DNA of 64,000 nucleotides from NCBI RefSeq assembly GCF_988242995.1, contig NZ_OZ547043.1; one strand, 5' to 3'. Shown piece by piece: positions 1 to 10,993 of this stretch (position 1 is its first letter; each line of letters starts with the position of its first letter). The notes under the pieces were generated by a model. It saw only the letters and a program-made list of their open reading frames with translations, ran no database searches and was not told where the DNA came from. The position numbers and the translations under genes were made by a program.

Positions 1-1035
1 CAGGCCTGGACGCGTAAAGAGCCGGTTGGCGTAGTGGCGGGAATTGTGCCATGGAACTTCCCGTTGATGATTGGCATGTGGAAGGTGATGCCAGCACTGG
101 CAGCAGGCTGTTCAATCGTGATTAAGCCTTCGGAAACCACGCCACTGACGATGTTGCGCGTGGCGGAACTGGCCAGCGAGGCTGGTATCCCTGATGGCGT
201 TTTTAATGTCGTCACCGGGGCCGGTGCTGTATGCGGCGCGGCCCTGACGTCACATCCTCATGTTGCGAAAATCAGTTTTACCGGTTCAACCGCGACGGGC
301 AGAGGTATTGCCAGAACTGCTGCTGATCGCTTAACGCGTGTAACGCTGGAACTGGGCGGTAAAAACCCGGCAATTGTATTAAAAGATGCTGATCCGCAAT
401 GGGTTATTGAAGGCTTGATGACCGGAAGCTTCCTGAATCAGGGGCAAGTATGCGCCGCCAGTTCGCGAATTTATATTGAAGCGCCGTTGTTTGACACGAT
501 GGTTAGTGGATTTGAGCAGGCGGTAAAATCGTTGCAAGTGGGACCGGGGATGTCACCTGTTGCACAGATTAACCCTTTGGTTTCTCGTGCGCACTGCGAC
601 AAAGTGTGTTCATTCCTCGACGATGCGCAGGCACAGCAAGCAGAGCTGATTCGCGGGTCGAATGGACCAGCCGGAGAGGGGTATTATGTTGCGCCAACGC
701 TGGTGGTAAATCCCGATGCTAAATTGCGCTTAACTCGTGAAGAGGTGTTTGGTCCGGTGGTTAACCTGGTGCGAGTAGCAGACGGAGAAGAGGCGTTACA
801 ACTGGCAAACGACACGGAATATGGCTTAACTGCCAGCGTCTGGACGCAAAATCTCTCCCAGGCTCTGGAATATAGCGATCGCTTACAGGCAGGGACGGTG
901 TGGGTAAACAGTCATACCTTAATTGACGCTAACTTACCGTTTGGTGGGATGAAGCAGTCAGGAACAGGCCGTGATTTTGGCCCGGACTGGCTGGACGGTT
1001 GGTGTGAAACTAAGTCGGTGTGTGTACGGTATTAA
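1..1035 (+). CDS. feaB: Phenylacetaldehyde dehydrogenase, 3' portion (5' end lies upstream of the window)
   Basis: Open frame from base 1 ([25 protein letters not shown]...) with aldehyde dehydrogenase motifs; position next to tynA and the paa cluster matches the K-12 feaB context. Confidence 0.9.
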   Translation, partial: QAWTRKEPVGVVAGIVPWNFPLMIGMWKVMPALAAGCSIVIKPSETTPLTMLRVAELASEAGIPDGVFNVVTGAGAVCGAALTSHPHVAKISFTGSTATGRGIARTAADRLTRVTLELGGKNPAIVLKDADPQWVIEGLMTGSFLNQGQVCAASSRIYIEAPLFDTMVSGFEQAVKSLQVGPGMSPVAQINPLVSRAHCDKVCSFLDDAQAQQAELIRGSNGPAGEGYYVAPTLVVNPDAKLRLTREEVFGPVVNLVRVADGEEALQLANDTEYGLTASVWTQNLSQALEYSDRLQAGTVWVNSHTLIDANLPFGGMKQSGTGRDFGPDWLDGWCETKSVCVRY

Positions 1036-1049
1036 TCTGGTTCGCTCAT

Positions 1050-1762
1050 AATAAATATCCTCCGGCATAGCCGGAGGTTTTTCAAATGCGCCTATAAGGC
1101 TCTCTTACCAGCCGCGCCCTAACAGGCGCACACGATCTGACATTTGCATCCAACTTCGTTACTTACGGCCCGTAAACGGGCTGCCCGGATAGGGAATCGA
1201 TAACTGCTCTCCCATTTTATCCTCTTCAAGCTGGTGCTTTATGTAATCCTGTATCTTCGCCGTGTTCTTACCCACTGTATCGACGTAGTACCCTCTGCAC
1301 CAGAACTCCCTGTTCCTGTATTTGAATTTCAAATCACCAAACTGCTCGTAAAGCATCAGACTGCTTTTCCCTTTCAGATATCCCATAAACCCGGATACGC
1401 TCATTTTGGGCGGGATCTCCACAAGCATATGGATATGATCTGCACAGCATTCAGCTTCCAGAATCCGTACGCTTTTCCACTCACACAGCTTTCTCAAAAT
1501 ACTGCCTATTGCTCTACGCTTCTCTCTGTAGAACACCTGTCTTCGGTATTTTGGCGCAAAAACTATGTGATATTTACAGTTCCATCGGGTGTGCGCTAAG
1601 CTCTTTTCGTTCCCCATTGGGACCCCCTTTTGATTTCTTGTTTGACACTTGCAGTTGCCAGACCGCAAAGTGTTTTAACAAATCAAAAGGGGTTTTAATA
1701 ACTGGCTCAAAGCTGAAAGCTTTCCGGAACCCCCAGCCTAGCTGGGGGTTTTCTGTGCACAA
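1050..1762 (-). mobile_element. IS200 copy 1 (IS200/IS605 family), about 713 bp
   Basis: Near-identical to the elements at 30558-31270 and 44205-44917; contains tnpA, the internal left-end hairpin cccccagctaggctggggg and the right-end hairpin cctccggctatgccggagg. Ends set where the three copies stop matching (+/-3 bp). Confidence 0.85.
1159..1617 (-). CDS. tnpA: IS200 transposase TnpA (HUH/Y1 type, 152 aa)
   Basis: Protein MGNEKSLAHTRWNCKYHIVFAPKYRR...HIHMLVEI... matches the IS200 TnpA I recall from Salmonella. The six-frame ORF extends to 1668, but the conserved start is the internal MGNEK. Confidence 0.85.
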   Translation of the reverse strand: MGNEKSLAHTRWNCKYHIVFAPKYRRQVFYREKRRAIGSILRKLCEWKSVRILEAECCADHIHMLVEIPPKMSVSGFMGYLKGKSSLMLYEQFGDLKFKYRNREFWCRGYYVDTVGKNTAKIQDYIKHQLEEDKMGEQLSIPYPGSPFTGRK

Positions 1763-1764
1763 GT

Positions 1765-1792
1765 AAAAAACGGCACCTGGTGCCGTTTTTTT
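1765..1792. terminator. Bidirectional intrinsic terminator between convergent feaB and tynA
   Basis: Perfect stem aaaaaacggcacc/ggtgccgttttttt with A/T runs on both sides, directly downstream of the tynA stop (1805). Confidence 0.6.
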
Positions 1793-1804
1793 AGTCTGAA
1801 ACAA

Positions 1805-4078
1805 TCACTTATCTTTCTTTAGCGCCCCTAGCGTTGGCGTTTCGTCAAAGAAGTTCCATGGTTTCAGCAGGGTATGTACCCATTCGGTCGGCATAATCGG
1901 CCACTCTTCGGCGCGGGCCACATGTGTGGTGCCGGTGGTCATCCAGACAACGGCGTCGGTGTTGTCCAGCGACTCGTTATCTTTACTGTATTGTCCAAGA
2001 CCGGTGTCATGAGTAGAACGGTTCGGATATTTGCCTTCCGGGAAACGCTCGCCAGGATGATAACGCGTTACCCAGAGCTGCTTGTCCATAAAGCTTAAAC
2101 GATGATAGATCCACTCGTCCGGCGCGAACTGGGCACCTTTTGCTACCGGGTGAGTACCACCTGCATAAGGAATAATTTGATAGGAAACCGGATTGCCCAT
2201 GCGGTTCTCTTTGTTCAGGTTACTCAACAGACGAATCGTGCCCGGATCAAACTTCTGCGCGGCATCCTGTTCATTGCCGATGTTGTACTGATTAACTTGC
2301 ATGGTACTGGTGCGTGGGCCACCGGCAGTATTCGGTTTTACCACCGGGTCCATCGCCACCAGGCTGTTATTCTCGCCATCTACATCCAGATCGAGGCGGA
2401 AATTATAAATATGTTGGTGTGTAGTACCCACTATATTGTGATCGATAAGCGTGCCGTAGCGCGTGTCATCTTTCGCCGTCTCATCGTGCATGGTTTTCGC
2501 TTTAACACCTTTCACCGCTTCGATGCCCGTAGCACCGGCATCAATGCCAATAGTGCCGTTTTCATGGAAGATCCAGTCAAAAATGTAGTCATAGTTACCC
2601 ACTGTACTGATCCAGCGCACCACCAACTCCCGGCGTTCGGTACTGACGTTGGGCTGGCCCATTTCCTGATGCTTATACTCAGGCCCGGCATAACGTTCAA
2701 ATACCGCGATAGCGCGAGGGATCTCCATCGGCACGCCAGTGTAGTCGGCGATGGTTTCATTAAGGAGCACTGCGTTAGACGGTGCATCTTTACCACGAGC
2801 AATTGGTGAGGTTAGCGTGCCCATACCGTAGTCACCAGAGTCCAGATACGCTTTAAAGTACCAGCCAATATCAGGATCACCGTAAGGCACAATCATGCCG
2901 CCGAGAGAACCTTCGTACATGACTTTGCGTTTGGTGCCATTGTCGTTATAAGTCACGGTGGAGATCATCGGCCCGACGCGAGAGTTCATGCTGAGGTGAA
3001 AATCCCAGTTACGCCAGTGAATCATATCGCCAGTAATGGTGTAATTTTTACCTTCAGGCTCGATGATTTGCATAGGTTTAACTGCCGGAGCAATGCGGTC
3101 ACGGCCATCAAATGGGCGTGCGGTCATTGGCACCGGAACTACCGGACCTTCTTCAATCTTAACGATTTTTTTCTGTTCTAAGTCAACGACCGCCACCAGG
3201 TTTTCGATGGGATGTGCCCAGTAGTTGCCATCACCAACATCAAGATAGCTGATGACTTTGAGCAACCGGGCATCTTGTTTCAGGCCATCTTTACCATCGA
3301 AATAACCTACGGTCAGCGGCGTGGTAATCACTTTCTTCGCATCAGTAATACCGCGCTTCTTCACGGCAGCGGCAAATTCTTCACTGTTGTTAATAATGTT
3401 CTGCACACTGGCGAAATCATCCAGCAACACCATACCGTGGGCGTCTTTAATGGGTTGCCAGGAGAGCAGTTTGTTGTTTTGCAGATCCACCACCGCTTCG
3501 ATGATATGTTTGCCGTCGAGCATAATGACGTCGGCTTTGCGCGGCTGGTCAACTGGTTTGTTTTCGAGCGCAAACGCCCAGACAGCTTCTTTATCTGGCG
3601 GTAGCAGGGAGATCTCAGTAAAACGGGTATTGGGTTTGAAGTCCGCGGAAGCTTTAACAATTTCAACGGCCTGTTTAATTTCGTCCGCAGTTAGCGCATT
3701 AAGTGGGTGAGGGCGCTTTTCTACCTGAAAGGTTTGATCCAGCCCGGACTGGAAAACATCGTTAATAAAGGTGTCAGAAACCCAGGCTTTATTGTCTTTC
3801 ATCACTACCGGGACTTGCAGTGCCAGAGGCTGACCATTAACAATTGCTGTTTGCGCACCAGGCTTCACTTTCACGTACGCGCCATCTTTAATCAGGGTAA
3901 AGATCTGGGCGTAGTCGTCCCACTGCACATCGGCACCAAATTCTTTAAGCGTTTTATCCATTGGCACCATATGCGCTTCACCACCGTGGGCAAATACCGG
4001 CGCTTGCCAGGCGAAACTTAAGGCGACTGCCAACGCCAGGGCTGTTTTACGGGCAGAATACAGAGAGGGGCTTCCCAT
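1805..4078 (-). CDS. tynA: Copper/topaquinone primary amine oxidase (tyramine oxidase), 757 aa with signal peptide
   Basis: ORF 1805-4114; start set at MGSPSLYSARKTALALAVALSFAWQAPVFA (signal peptide) to give the known 757 aa length. Confidence 0.93.
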   Translation of the reverse strand: MGSPSLYSARKTALALAVALSFAWQAPVFAHGGEAHMVPMDKTLKEFGADVQWDDYAQIFTLIKDGAYVKVKPGAQTAIVNGQPLALQVPVVMKDNKAWVSDTFINDVFQSGLDQTFQVEKRPHPLNALTADEIKQAVEIVKASADFKPNTRFTEISLLPPDKEAVWAFALENKPVDQPRKADVIMLDGKHIIEAVVDLQNNKLLSWQPIKDAHGMVLLDDFASVQNIINNSEEFAAAVKKRGITDAKKVITTPLTVGYFDGKDGLKQDARLLKVISYLDVGDGNYWAHPIENLVAVVDLEQKKIVKIEEGPVVPVPMTARPFDGRDRIAPAVKPMQIIEPEGKNYTITGDMIHWRNWDFHLSMNSRVGPMISTVTYNDNGTKRKVMYEGSLGGMIVPYGDPDIGWYFKAYLDSGDYGMGTLTSPIARGKDAPSNAVLLNETIADYTGVPMEIPRAIAVFERYAGPEYKHQEMGQPNVSTERRELVVRWISTVGNYDYIFDWIFHENGTIGIDAGATGIEAVKGVKAKTMHDETAKDDTRYGTLIDHNIVGTTHQHIYNFRLDLDVDGENNSLVAMDPVVKPNTAGGPRTSTMQVNQYNIGNEQDAAQKFDPGTIRLLSNLNKENRMGNPVSYQIIPYAGGTHPVAKGAQFAPDEWIYHRLSFMDKQLWVTRYHPGERFPEGKYPNRSTHDTGLGQYSKDNESLDNTDAVVWMTTGTTHVARAEEWPIMPTEWVHTLLKPWNFFDETPTLGALKKDK

Positions 4079-4287
4079 TATTAACCTCGTCAGATGTTGT
4101 GTTCTTGTTAGCAACCGCGCTCTGTGGGCGGTTTAGTCAGGTTCACATTATCAGTACTGATGTAAAGGGGATTGCCTGCACCTGCCAGGTTGTTTGGCAG
4201 GTGTGCCAGCTTTTCATACAGTGAGTGCCCTGAAAATACAGATACACATCATGCATAATGTGACAACGTCACAAAATTTGGTGAAAT

Positions 4288-4317
4288 AAAAGGGCAACTA
4301 TTCGCCGTTGCCCTTCA
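4288..4317 (-). terminator. Intrinsic terminator downstream of paaZ
   Basis: Hairpin aagggcaac-tattcgcc-gttgccctt followed on the minus strand by a T-rich tract, just after the paaZ stop (4326). Confidence 0.5.
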
Positions 4318-4325
4318 TTGACCGA

Positions 4326-6371
4326 TTAATCGACAAAATCACCGTGCTGCCTGGCCACCAGCGTCAGAATTGAATACAGCGCCACCGGGGTTTGATGCTG
4401 ATTGAATACCTCTACCGACCATTCCACTACACCTGTTGGTTTTTCTTCTGCGCTACGCTGTTTTTTCAGCGTCTTGCGCTTACAGGTGAGACGCACCTGG
4501 ATGGTATCGCCTGGTTTTACGGGTTCGATAAAACGCAAGTTTTCCAGCCCGTAGTTAGCAATGACCGGACCAACTCCGGCATCGACAAACAGACCCGCAG
4601 CCGCAGAAAGCACAAAATACCCATGCACCACCCGCTCACCGAAAATAGATTCGGCAGCGGCAATTTTATCCATATGTGCATAGAAATGATCGCCGCTGAG
4701 GCAAGCAAAGTTAACAATATCGGCCTCTGTCATTGTGCGGCGGGGGGTCAGCAGGCTGTCGCCTGGTTGCAACTCCTCAAAATATTTGCGGAACGGATGA
4801 ATACGATCTTCTTCGACTTTCGCACCGCGCACCCACTGTTTACTGATAGCGGCAAGCATCGTCGGACTACCCTGAACAGCGGTTCGCTGCATGTAATGTT
4901 TCACCGCTCGTAAACCACCTAATTCTTCACCGCCTCCTGCGCGACCAGGCCCACCATGTAACAGTTGTGGCAGTGGGGAGCCATGCCCGGTGGATTCTTT
5001 TGCCGATTCTTCATTGAGGATCTGAATTCGCCCATGCGTACGCGCCGCGTCGGCAATAAACTGACGCGCAATTTGCGGATCAGCCGTCACCAGCGTTCCC
5101 GCAAGGCTACCACCGCCTGCACAAGCCAGTTGCAGAGCATGTTGCTGGTTTTGTGCTGGCATCAGCGTTGCGACAGGGCCAAAGGCTTCTGTTGCATGTA
5201 CCGCCGGTGTTTCATCCGGCTGCGGACAGTACAATAAGGTTGGCGGGAAGAATGCACCCGCAGCAGATAAATCCGCCTGACCACCGAGGCGAATCTCGCA
5301 TCCTGCAGCCAGCAATGTGTTCACTTTTTCCTGCACATCGGCACGCTGTTCAGCATTTACCAGTGCGCCCATTTTCACGCCTTCCTGCCCAGGATCACCG
5401 ACCACGACTTTCTGTAATCGCGCAACCAGAGCATCACTGACAGCATTAACCAATGCCTGCGGCACAATAATCCGCCGGATTGCCGTACATTTTTGCCCGG
5501 CTTTTGTGGTCATCTCACGCACAACTTCACGAATAAACAGTGCAAACTCCGGTTGATCCGGGGTGACATCTTCGCCCAGTACGCAGCAGTTCAGGGAATC
5601 AGCTTCCATGGTGAAGGGGATAGATTTGGCGACGATATTTGGCTGAACACGTAGCATCTGTCCGGTCGTCGCAGAGCCCGTGAAAGTCACCACATCCTGG
5701 CTGTCCAGATGATCCAACAAGTCGCCCGCACTACCGCAGATCAGACTAATTGCGCCTTCGGGAACAAGACCACTATCGACAATTGATTTTACCATCGCCT
5801 GAGTCAGTTGGGCAGTCGCGGTGGCAGGTTTGATGATGGCTGGCATTCCGCCCAGCCACGTTGGTGCCAGCTTTTCCAGCATTCCCCAGCAGGGGAAGTT
5901 AAAGGCGTTAATATGCACTGCCACGCCTGACTTTGAGGTCAGTACATGGCGCGCGGCAAATCCACCTTCTTTCGATAAGGGGATCAATTCATCTTCCGGC
6001 CACAGCGTATCGTCAGGCAGCTCCCGGCTACCGAGGCTGGCGTATGTAAATAACGTCCCAATGCCACCTTCAATATCAACCCAACTGTCTGCCCGCGTTG
6101 CGCCTGTTTGTGCAGAAAGAGCATAGAAACGCTCTTTTTCACTCAGCAGATGTTTAGCGACCGCTTTAAGCATCGCCGCACGTTCGATAAAGGTCATAGC
6201 GCGGAGGGCGGGGGCACCTTTTTCAATGGCAAACTGGCGGGCAGCCGCCATATCAAGACCTTCACTGGTCACTTCCCATAACGCCTCGCCGCTAATGGCG
6301 TGGTGAATCAAACGGCTACGGCCCCGGCCAGACTGCCAGGTACCGGATAAGAAACTGGCTAACTGCTGCAT
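4326..6371 (-). CDS. paaZ: Bifunctional oxepin-CoA hydrolase / 3-oxo-5,6-dehydrosuberyl-CoA semialdehyde dehydrogenase
   Basis: 681 aa ORF with an N-terminal aldehyde dehydrogenase domain and C-terminal MaoC-like hydratase domain; divergent from paaA as in the K-12 paa cluster. Confidence 0.93.
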   Translation of the reverse strand: MQQLASFLSGTWQSGRGRSRLIHHAISGEALWEVTSEGLDMAAARQFAIEKGAPALRAMTFIERAAMLKAVAKHLLSEKERFYALSAQTGATRADSWVDIEGGIGTLFTYASLGSRELPDDTLWPEDELIPLSKEGGFAARHVLTSKSGVAVHINAFNFPCWGMLEKLAPTWLGGMPAIIKPATATAQLTQAMVKSIVDSGLVPEGAISLICGSAGDLLDHLDSQDVVTFTGSATTGQMLRVQPNIVAKSIPFTMEADSLNCCVLGEDVTPDQPEFALFIREVVREMTTKAGQKCTAIRRIIVPQALVNAVSDALVARLQKVVVGDPGQEGVKMGALVNAEQRADVQEKVNTLLAAGCEIRLGGQADLSAAGAFFPPTLLYCPQPDETPAVHATEAFGPVATLMPAQNQQHALQLACAGGGSLAGTLVTADPQIARQFIADAARTHGRIQILNEESAKESTGHGSPLPQLLHGGPGRAGGGEELGGLRAVKHYMQRTAVQGSPTMLAAISKQWVRGAKVEEDRIHPFRKYFEELQPGDSLLTPRRTMTEADIVNFACLSGDHFYAHMDKIAAAESIFGERVVHGYFVLSAAAGLFVDAGVGPVIANYGLENLRFIEPVKPGDTIQVRLTCKRKTLKKQRSAEEKPTGVVEWSVEVFNQHQTPVALYSILTLVARQHGDFVD

Positions 6372-6655
6372 CGCTACTCTCCAGATGTTTCACATTTCTG
6401 TTGCTAATAGTTAAATCGCGAATCATAAAAAGCAAGTGGTCTTTTAACGAAATGTTAACTATGCGATCTGTATAGCAACTGCGAAAAACATTAATGCACT
6501 GATAAATAATGATTTATAAAAATAGGGTGCGAAATTCGTCACAGTTCAAACATACAAAATTTGTGATTTTAGTTAACCATTGTGTAACTTTCATAAAACA
6601 ACGTGATTCGTGTTTTTAATTAAATCACGAAATCTGGAATCGTAAAGGTGATGAC
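6372..6655. promoter_or_regulatory. Divergent paaZ / paaA promoter region with candidate PaaX operator
   Basis: AT-rich 284 bp intergenic region. TGATTC-N27-GAATCG at 6604-6642 resembles the PaaX operator as I recall it (TGATTC-N27-GAATCA); a GAATCA half-site also lies at 6420-6425 on the paaZ side. Confidence 0.55.
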
Positions 6656-7585
6656 GTGACCCAAGAAGAACGCTTTGAGCAACGGATAGCCCAGGAAACG
6701 GCTATCGAGCCGCAGGACTGGATGCCCGATGCTTACCGAAAGACATTGATCCGCCAGATTGGGCAGCATGCGCACTCCGAGATTGTGGGTATGTTGCCTG
6801 AAGGTAACTGGATCACTCGCGCACCAACCTTGCGGCGTAAAGCCATTCTGTTAGCCAAAGTGCAGGATGAAGCCGGTCATGGTCTGTATCTCTATAGCGC
6901 CGCCGAAACACTGGGCTGCGCCAGAGAAGACATCTACCAAAAAATGCTCGACGGACGGATGAAATATTCCTCCATCTTTAATTATCCGACATTGAGTTGG
7001 GCTGATATCGGTGTTATCGGCTGGCTGGTGGATGGCGCAGCGATCGTCAATCAGGTGGCGTTATGCCGCACTTCTTATGGCCCGTATGCCAGAGCAATGG
7101 TGAAAATCTGCAAAGAAGAGAGTTTTCACCAGCGTCAGGGGTTTGAAGCCTGCATGGCACTGGCGCAGGGCAGCGAAGCTCAAAAGCAGATGTTGCAAGA
7201 CGCCATTAACCGTTTCTGGTGGCCAGCCTTAATGATGTTCGGGCCAAACGATGATAACTCGCCAAACAGCGCCAGAAGTCTCGCCTGGAAAATCAAACGT
7301 TTCACCAACGACGAACTCCGCCAGCGTTTCGTGGATAACACCGTTCCACAGGTTGAAATGCTCGGTATGACCGTTCCTGACCCGGATCTGCATTTTGATA
7401 CTGAAAGCGGTCACTACCGCTTTGGTGAGATCGACTGGCAGGAGTTTAACGAAGTGATAAACGGTCGCGGAATTTGTAATCAGGAGCGGCTCGACGCCAA
7501 ACGTAAAGCCTGGGAAGAAGGTACCTGGGTACGGGAAGCTGCGCTGGCCCATGCACAAAAACAACATGCCTGTAAGGTCGCATAA
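6656..7585 (+). CDS. paaA: Phenylacetyl-CoA 1,2-epoxidase catalytic subunit A
   Basis: 309 aa, [19 protein letters not shown]...; apparent GTG start; first gene of paaABCDE. Confidence 0.93.
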   Translation: MTQEERFEQRIAQETAIEPQDWMPDAYRKTLIRQIGQHAHSEIVGMLPEGNWITRAPTLRRKAILLAKVQDEAGHGLYLYSAAETLGCAREDIYQKMLDGRMKYSSIFNYPTLSWADIGVIGWLVDGAAIVNQVALCRTSYGPYARAMVKICKEESFHQRQGFEACMALAQGSEAQKQMLQDAINRFWWPALMMFGPNDDNSPNSARSLAWKIKRFTNDELRQRFVDNTVPQVEMLGMTVPDPDLHFDTESGHYRFGEIDWQEFNEVINGRGICNQERLDAKRKAWEEGTWVREAALAHAQKQHACKVA

Positions 7586-7596
7586 GGAGTTTCAAA

Positions 7597-7884
7597 ATGA
7601 GTAATGTTTACTGGCCGTTATACGAAGTTTTCGTGCGTGGCAAACAGGGCTTATCACACCGCCATGTTGGCAGTTTACATGCTGCCGATGAGCGGATGGC
7701 ACTGGAAAATGCCCGTGATGCTTATACCCGTCGTAGCGAAGGATGTTCAATTTGGGTGGTGAAGGCGAGTGAAATTGTTGCCTCGCAACCGGAAGAACGC
7801 GGTGAATTTTTTGATCCGGCTGAAAGCAAGGTCTATCGCCATCCAACGTTTTACACCATCCCTGATGGCATTGAGCACATGTGA
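7597..7884 (+). CDS. paaB: Phenylacetyl-CoA epoxidase subunit B
   Basis: 95 aa, MSNVYWPLYEVFVRGKQGLSHRHVGSLHAADERMALENARD... Confidence 0.93.
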   Translation: MSNVYWPLYEVFVRGKQGLSHRHVGSLHAADERMALENARDAYTRRSEGCSIWVVKASEIVASQPEERGEFFDPAESKVYRHPTFYTIPDGIEHM

Positions 7885-7892
7885 GGTCGGAA

Positions 7893-8639
7893 ATGAATCA
7901 GTTAACGGCTTACACCTTGCGCCTGGGCGATAACTGCCTGGTGCTCTCCCAGCGGTTGGGTGAATGGTGCGGTCACGCACCGGAACTGGAAATCGATCTC
8001 GCACTGGCAAACATTGGCCTCGATTTATTAGGTCAGGCACGCAACTTCTTATCGTATGCCGCTGAATTAGCGGGAGAAGGCGATGAAGATACCCTGGCCT
8101 TCACCCGAGACGAGCGCCAGTTCAGCAACTTATTGTTGGTTGAACAACCAAACGGCAATTTTGCCGACACCATTGCACGCCAGTATTTCATCGATGCATG
8201 GCATGTGGCGCTCTTTACCCGTCTGATGGAAAGCCGCGAGCCGCAACTGGCGGCGATTTCTGCCAAAGCAATTAAAGAAGCTCGCTATCACCTGCGTTTT
8301 AGTCGTGGCTGGCTGGAGCGACTGGGCAATGGTACTGACGTATCAGGGCAAAAGATGCAGCAGGCCATCAACAAGTTGTGGCGTTTTACCGCCGAACTGT
8401 TCGATGCCGACGAGATTGATATTGCACTGAGTGAAGAGGGTATTGCGGTTGACCCACGCACTTTACGCGCAGCGTGGGAAGCCGAAGTTTTTGCCGGGAT
8501 CAACGAAGCCACATTGAACGTACCGCAAGAGCAGGCGTATCGCACTGGCGGTAAAAAAGGACTGCATACCGAACACCTTGGACCCATGCTGACAGAAATG
8601 CAGTATCTCCAGCGTGTCTTGCCCGGTCAGCAATGGTAA
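7893..8639 (+). CDS. paaC: Phenylacetyl-CoA epoxidase subunit C
   Basis: ORF from 7881; start set at MNQLTAYTLRLG to give 248 aa as in K-12 PaaC. Confidence 0.9.
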   Translation: MNQLTAYTLRLGDNCLVLSQRLGEWCGHAPELEIDLALANIGLDLLGQARNFLSYAAELAGEGDEDTLAFTRDERQFSNLLLVEQPNGNFADTIARQYFIDAWHVALFTRLMESREPQLAAISAKAIKEARYHLRFSRGWLERLGNGTDVSGQKMQQAINKLWRFTAELFDADEIDIALSEEGIAVDPRTLRAAWEAEVFAGINEATLNVPQEQAYRTGGKKGLHTEHLGPMLTEMQYLQRVLPGQQW

Positions 8640-8653
8640 CAGAGGAGATGGGT

Positions 8654-9151
8654 ATGCAACGTCTGGCCACCATTGCACCGCCACAGGTTCATGAAATATG
8701 GGCGCTACTCAGCCAGATCCCGGACCCGGAGATTCCGGTGCTGACCATTACCGATTTAGGCATGGTGCGTAATGTGACACAGATGGGAGAAGGATGGGTG
8801 ATCGGCTTTACGCCAACATATTCCGGTTGTCCGGCAACGGAACATTTGATTGGCGCGATACGTGAGGCAATGACAACCCACGGGTTTACTCCCGTTCAGG
8901 TTGTGCTTCAACTCGACCCGGCATGGACCACCGACTGGATGACCCCCGATGCCCGTGAGCGTCTGCGACTGTATGGCATTAGCCCGCCCGCCGGACACAG
9001 TTGCCATGCCCATTTGCCGCCAGAAGTACGTTGCCCGCGCTGCGCCAGCGTCCATACCACACTTATCAGTGAATTTGGTTCCACGGCCTGCAAAGCATTG
9101 TATCGCTGCGATAGTTGCCGCGAACCTTTCGATTATTTCAAATGTATTTGA
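8654..9151 (+). CDS. paaD: Phenylacetate degradation protein PaaD (epoxidase maturation subunit)
   Basis: ORF from 8633; start set at MQRLATIAPPQVHEIW; Cys-rich C-terminus. Confidence 0.9.
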   Translation: MQRLATIAPPQVHEIWALLSQIPDPEIPVLTITDLGMVRNVTQMGEGWVIGFTPTYSGCPATEHLIGAIREAMTTHGFTPVQVVLQLDPAWTTDWMTPDARERLRLYGISPPAGHSCHAHLPPEVRCPRCASVHTTLISEFGSTACKALYRCDSCREPFDYFKCI

Positions 9152-9158
9152 GGATGCC

Positions 9159-10229
9159 ATGACAACGTTTCATTCCTTAACGGTGGCAAAAGTGGAGCCG
9201 GAAACCCGTGATGCGGTGACCATTACCTTTGCGGTGCCCCAGCCTTTGCAGGAGGCGTATCGCTTTCGCCCCGGTCAACATTTGACCTTAAAAGCCAGCT
9301 TTGATGGTGAAGAATTACGCCGTTGTTACTCCATTTGCCGCAGCTACCTGCCTGGCGAAATTAGTGTGGCGGTGAAAGCCATTGAAGGCGGACGTTTCTC
9401 CCGCTATGCCCGCGAACACATACGCCAGGGTATGACGCTGGAGGTCATGGTGCCGCAGGGGCATTTCGGCTATCAGCCGCAGGCCGAACGCCAGGGGCGC
9501 TATCTGGCTATTGCAGCAGGATCAGGTATTACGCCAATGCTGGCGATTATCGCTACCACTTTACAAACCGAGCCTGAAAGTCAGTTCACCCTGATCTACG
9601 GTAACCGTACCAGCCAGAGCATGATGTTTCGCCAGGCACTGGCAGACCTGAAAGACAAATATCCTCAGCGTTTACAGTTGTTGTGCATTTTCAGTCAGGA
9701 AACCCTCGACAGCGATCTGCTTCACGGGCGTATTGACGGTGAAAAATTACAGTCACTTGGGGCCTCGCTCATTAATTTTCGTCTTTATGATGAGGCGTTT
9801 ATTTGTGGTCCGGCGGCGATGATGGATGACGCGGAAGCCGCCTTAAAAGCACTGGGAATGCCAGAAAAAGCTATTCATCTGGAGCGGTTTAATACGCCTG
9901 GCACGCGCGTCAAACGTAGCGTTAACGTGCAAAGTGACGGACAAAAAGTGACTGTACGTCAGGATGGGCGGGATCGGGAAATCGTGCTTAATGCCGACGA
10001 TGAAAGCATTCTCGATGCGGCATTGCGCCAGGGGGCGGATCTGCCCTATGCCTGCAAAGGCGGCGTCTGTGCGACCTGCAAATGCAAAGTGCTGCGTGGC
10101 AAAGTGGCGATGGAAACCAATTACAGTCTGGAACCGGATGAACTGGCCGCAGGCTATGTGTTGAGTTGCCAGGCACTGCCGCTGACCAGCGATGTGGTGG
10201 TTGACTTTGACGCGAAGGGGATGGCATGA
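9159..10229 (+). CDS. paaE: Phenylacetyl-CoA epoxidase reductase subunit (ferredoxin-NADP reductase-like, 2Fe-2S)
   Basis: ORF 8949-10229; start set at MTTFHSLTVAKVEPETRD (356 aa); C-terminal CxxxxCxxC...C ferredoxin motif. Confidence 0.9.
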   Translation: MTTFHSLTVAKVEPETRDAVTITFAVPQPLQEAYRFRPGQHLTLKASFDGEELRRCYSICRSYLPGEISVAVKAIEGGRFSRYAREHIRQGMTLEVMVPQGHFGYQPQAERQGRYLAIAAGSGITPMLAIIATTLQTEPESQFTLIYGNRTSQSMMFRQALADLKDKYPQRLQLLCIFSQETLDSDLLHGRIDGEKLQSLGASLINFRLYDEAFICGPAAMMDDAEAALKALGMPEKAIHLERFNTPGTRVKRSVNVQSDGQKVTVRQDGRDREIVLNADDESILDAALRQGADLPYACKGGVCATCKCKVLRGKVAMETNYSLEPDELAAGYVLSCQALPLTSDVVVDFDAKGMA

Positions 10230-10993
10230 GCGAACTGATCGTCAGCCGTCAGCAACGAGTATTGTTGCTGACCCTTAACCGTCCCGCCGCACGTAATGCG
10301 CTAAATAATGCCCTTCTGACGCAACTGGTAAATGAACTGGAAGCTGCGGCTACCGATAGCAGCATTTCGGTCTGTGTGATTACCGGTAATGCACGCTTTT
10401 TTGCCGCCGGGGCCGATCTCAACGAAATGGCAGAAAAAGATCTCGCGGCCACCTTAAACGATACACGTCCCCAGCTATGGGCGCGATTGCAGGCCTTTAA
10501 CAAACCACTCATCGCAGCCGTCAATGGTTACGCGCTTGGTGCGGGTTGCGAACTGGCATTGTTGTGCGATGTGGTGGTTGCCGGAGAGAACGCGCGTTTT
10601 GGGTTGCCGGAAATCACTCTCGGCATCATGCCTGGCGCAGGCGGAACGCAACGTTTAATCCGTAGTGTCGGTAAATCGTTAGCCAGCAAAATGGTGCTGA
10701 GCGGAGAAAGTATCACCGCCCAGCAAGCACAGCAGGCCGGGCTGGTTAGCGACGTATTCCCCAGAGATTTAACCCTCGAATACGCCTTACAGTTGGCATC
10801 GAAAATGGCACGTCACTCGCCGCTGGCCTTACAAGCGGCAAAGCAAGCGCTGCGCCAGTCGCAGGAAGTGGCTTTGCAAGCCGGACTTGCCCAGGAGCGA
10901 CAGTTATTCACCTTGCTGGCGGCAACAGAAGATCGTCATGAAGGCATCTCCGCTTTCTTACAAAAACGCACGCCCGACTTTAAAGGACGCTAA
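10226..10993 (+). CDS. paaF: 2,3-dehydroadipyl-CoA hydratase (enoyl-CoA hydratase)
   Basis: 255 aa crotonase-fold protein; start overlaps the paaE stop. Confidence 0.92.
   Translation: MSELIVSRQQRVLLLTLNRPAARNALNNALLTQLVNELEAAATDSSISVCVITGNARFFAAGADLNEMAEKDLAATLNDTRPQLWARLQAFNKPLIAAVNGYALGAGCELALLCDVVVAGENARFGLPEITLGIMPGAGGTQRLIRSVGKSLASKMVLSGESITAQQAQQAGLVSDVFPRDLTLEYALQLASKMARHSPLALQAAKQALRQSQEVALQAGLAQERQLFTLLAATEDRHEGISAFLQKRTPDFKGR

Noticed and set aside
1574..1804. 76-aa ORF spanning the IS200 left end into flanking DNA (also seen at 30438-30746 and 44205-44393)
   Set aside because: Covers the non-coding structured leader of IS200, which in IS200 biology is an RNA leader and hairpin rather than coding sequence. 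Present at all copies only because the IS sequence is repeated.
2102..2809. 235-aa plus-strand ORF inside tynA
   Set aside because: Antisense to tynA, which has strong protein-level support; no RBS.
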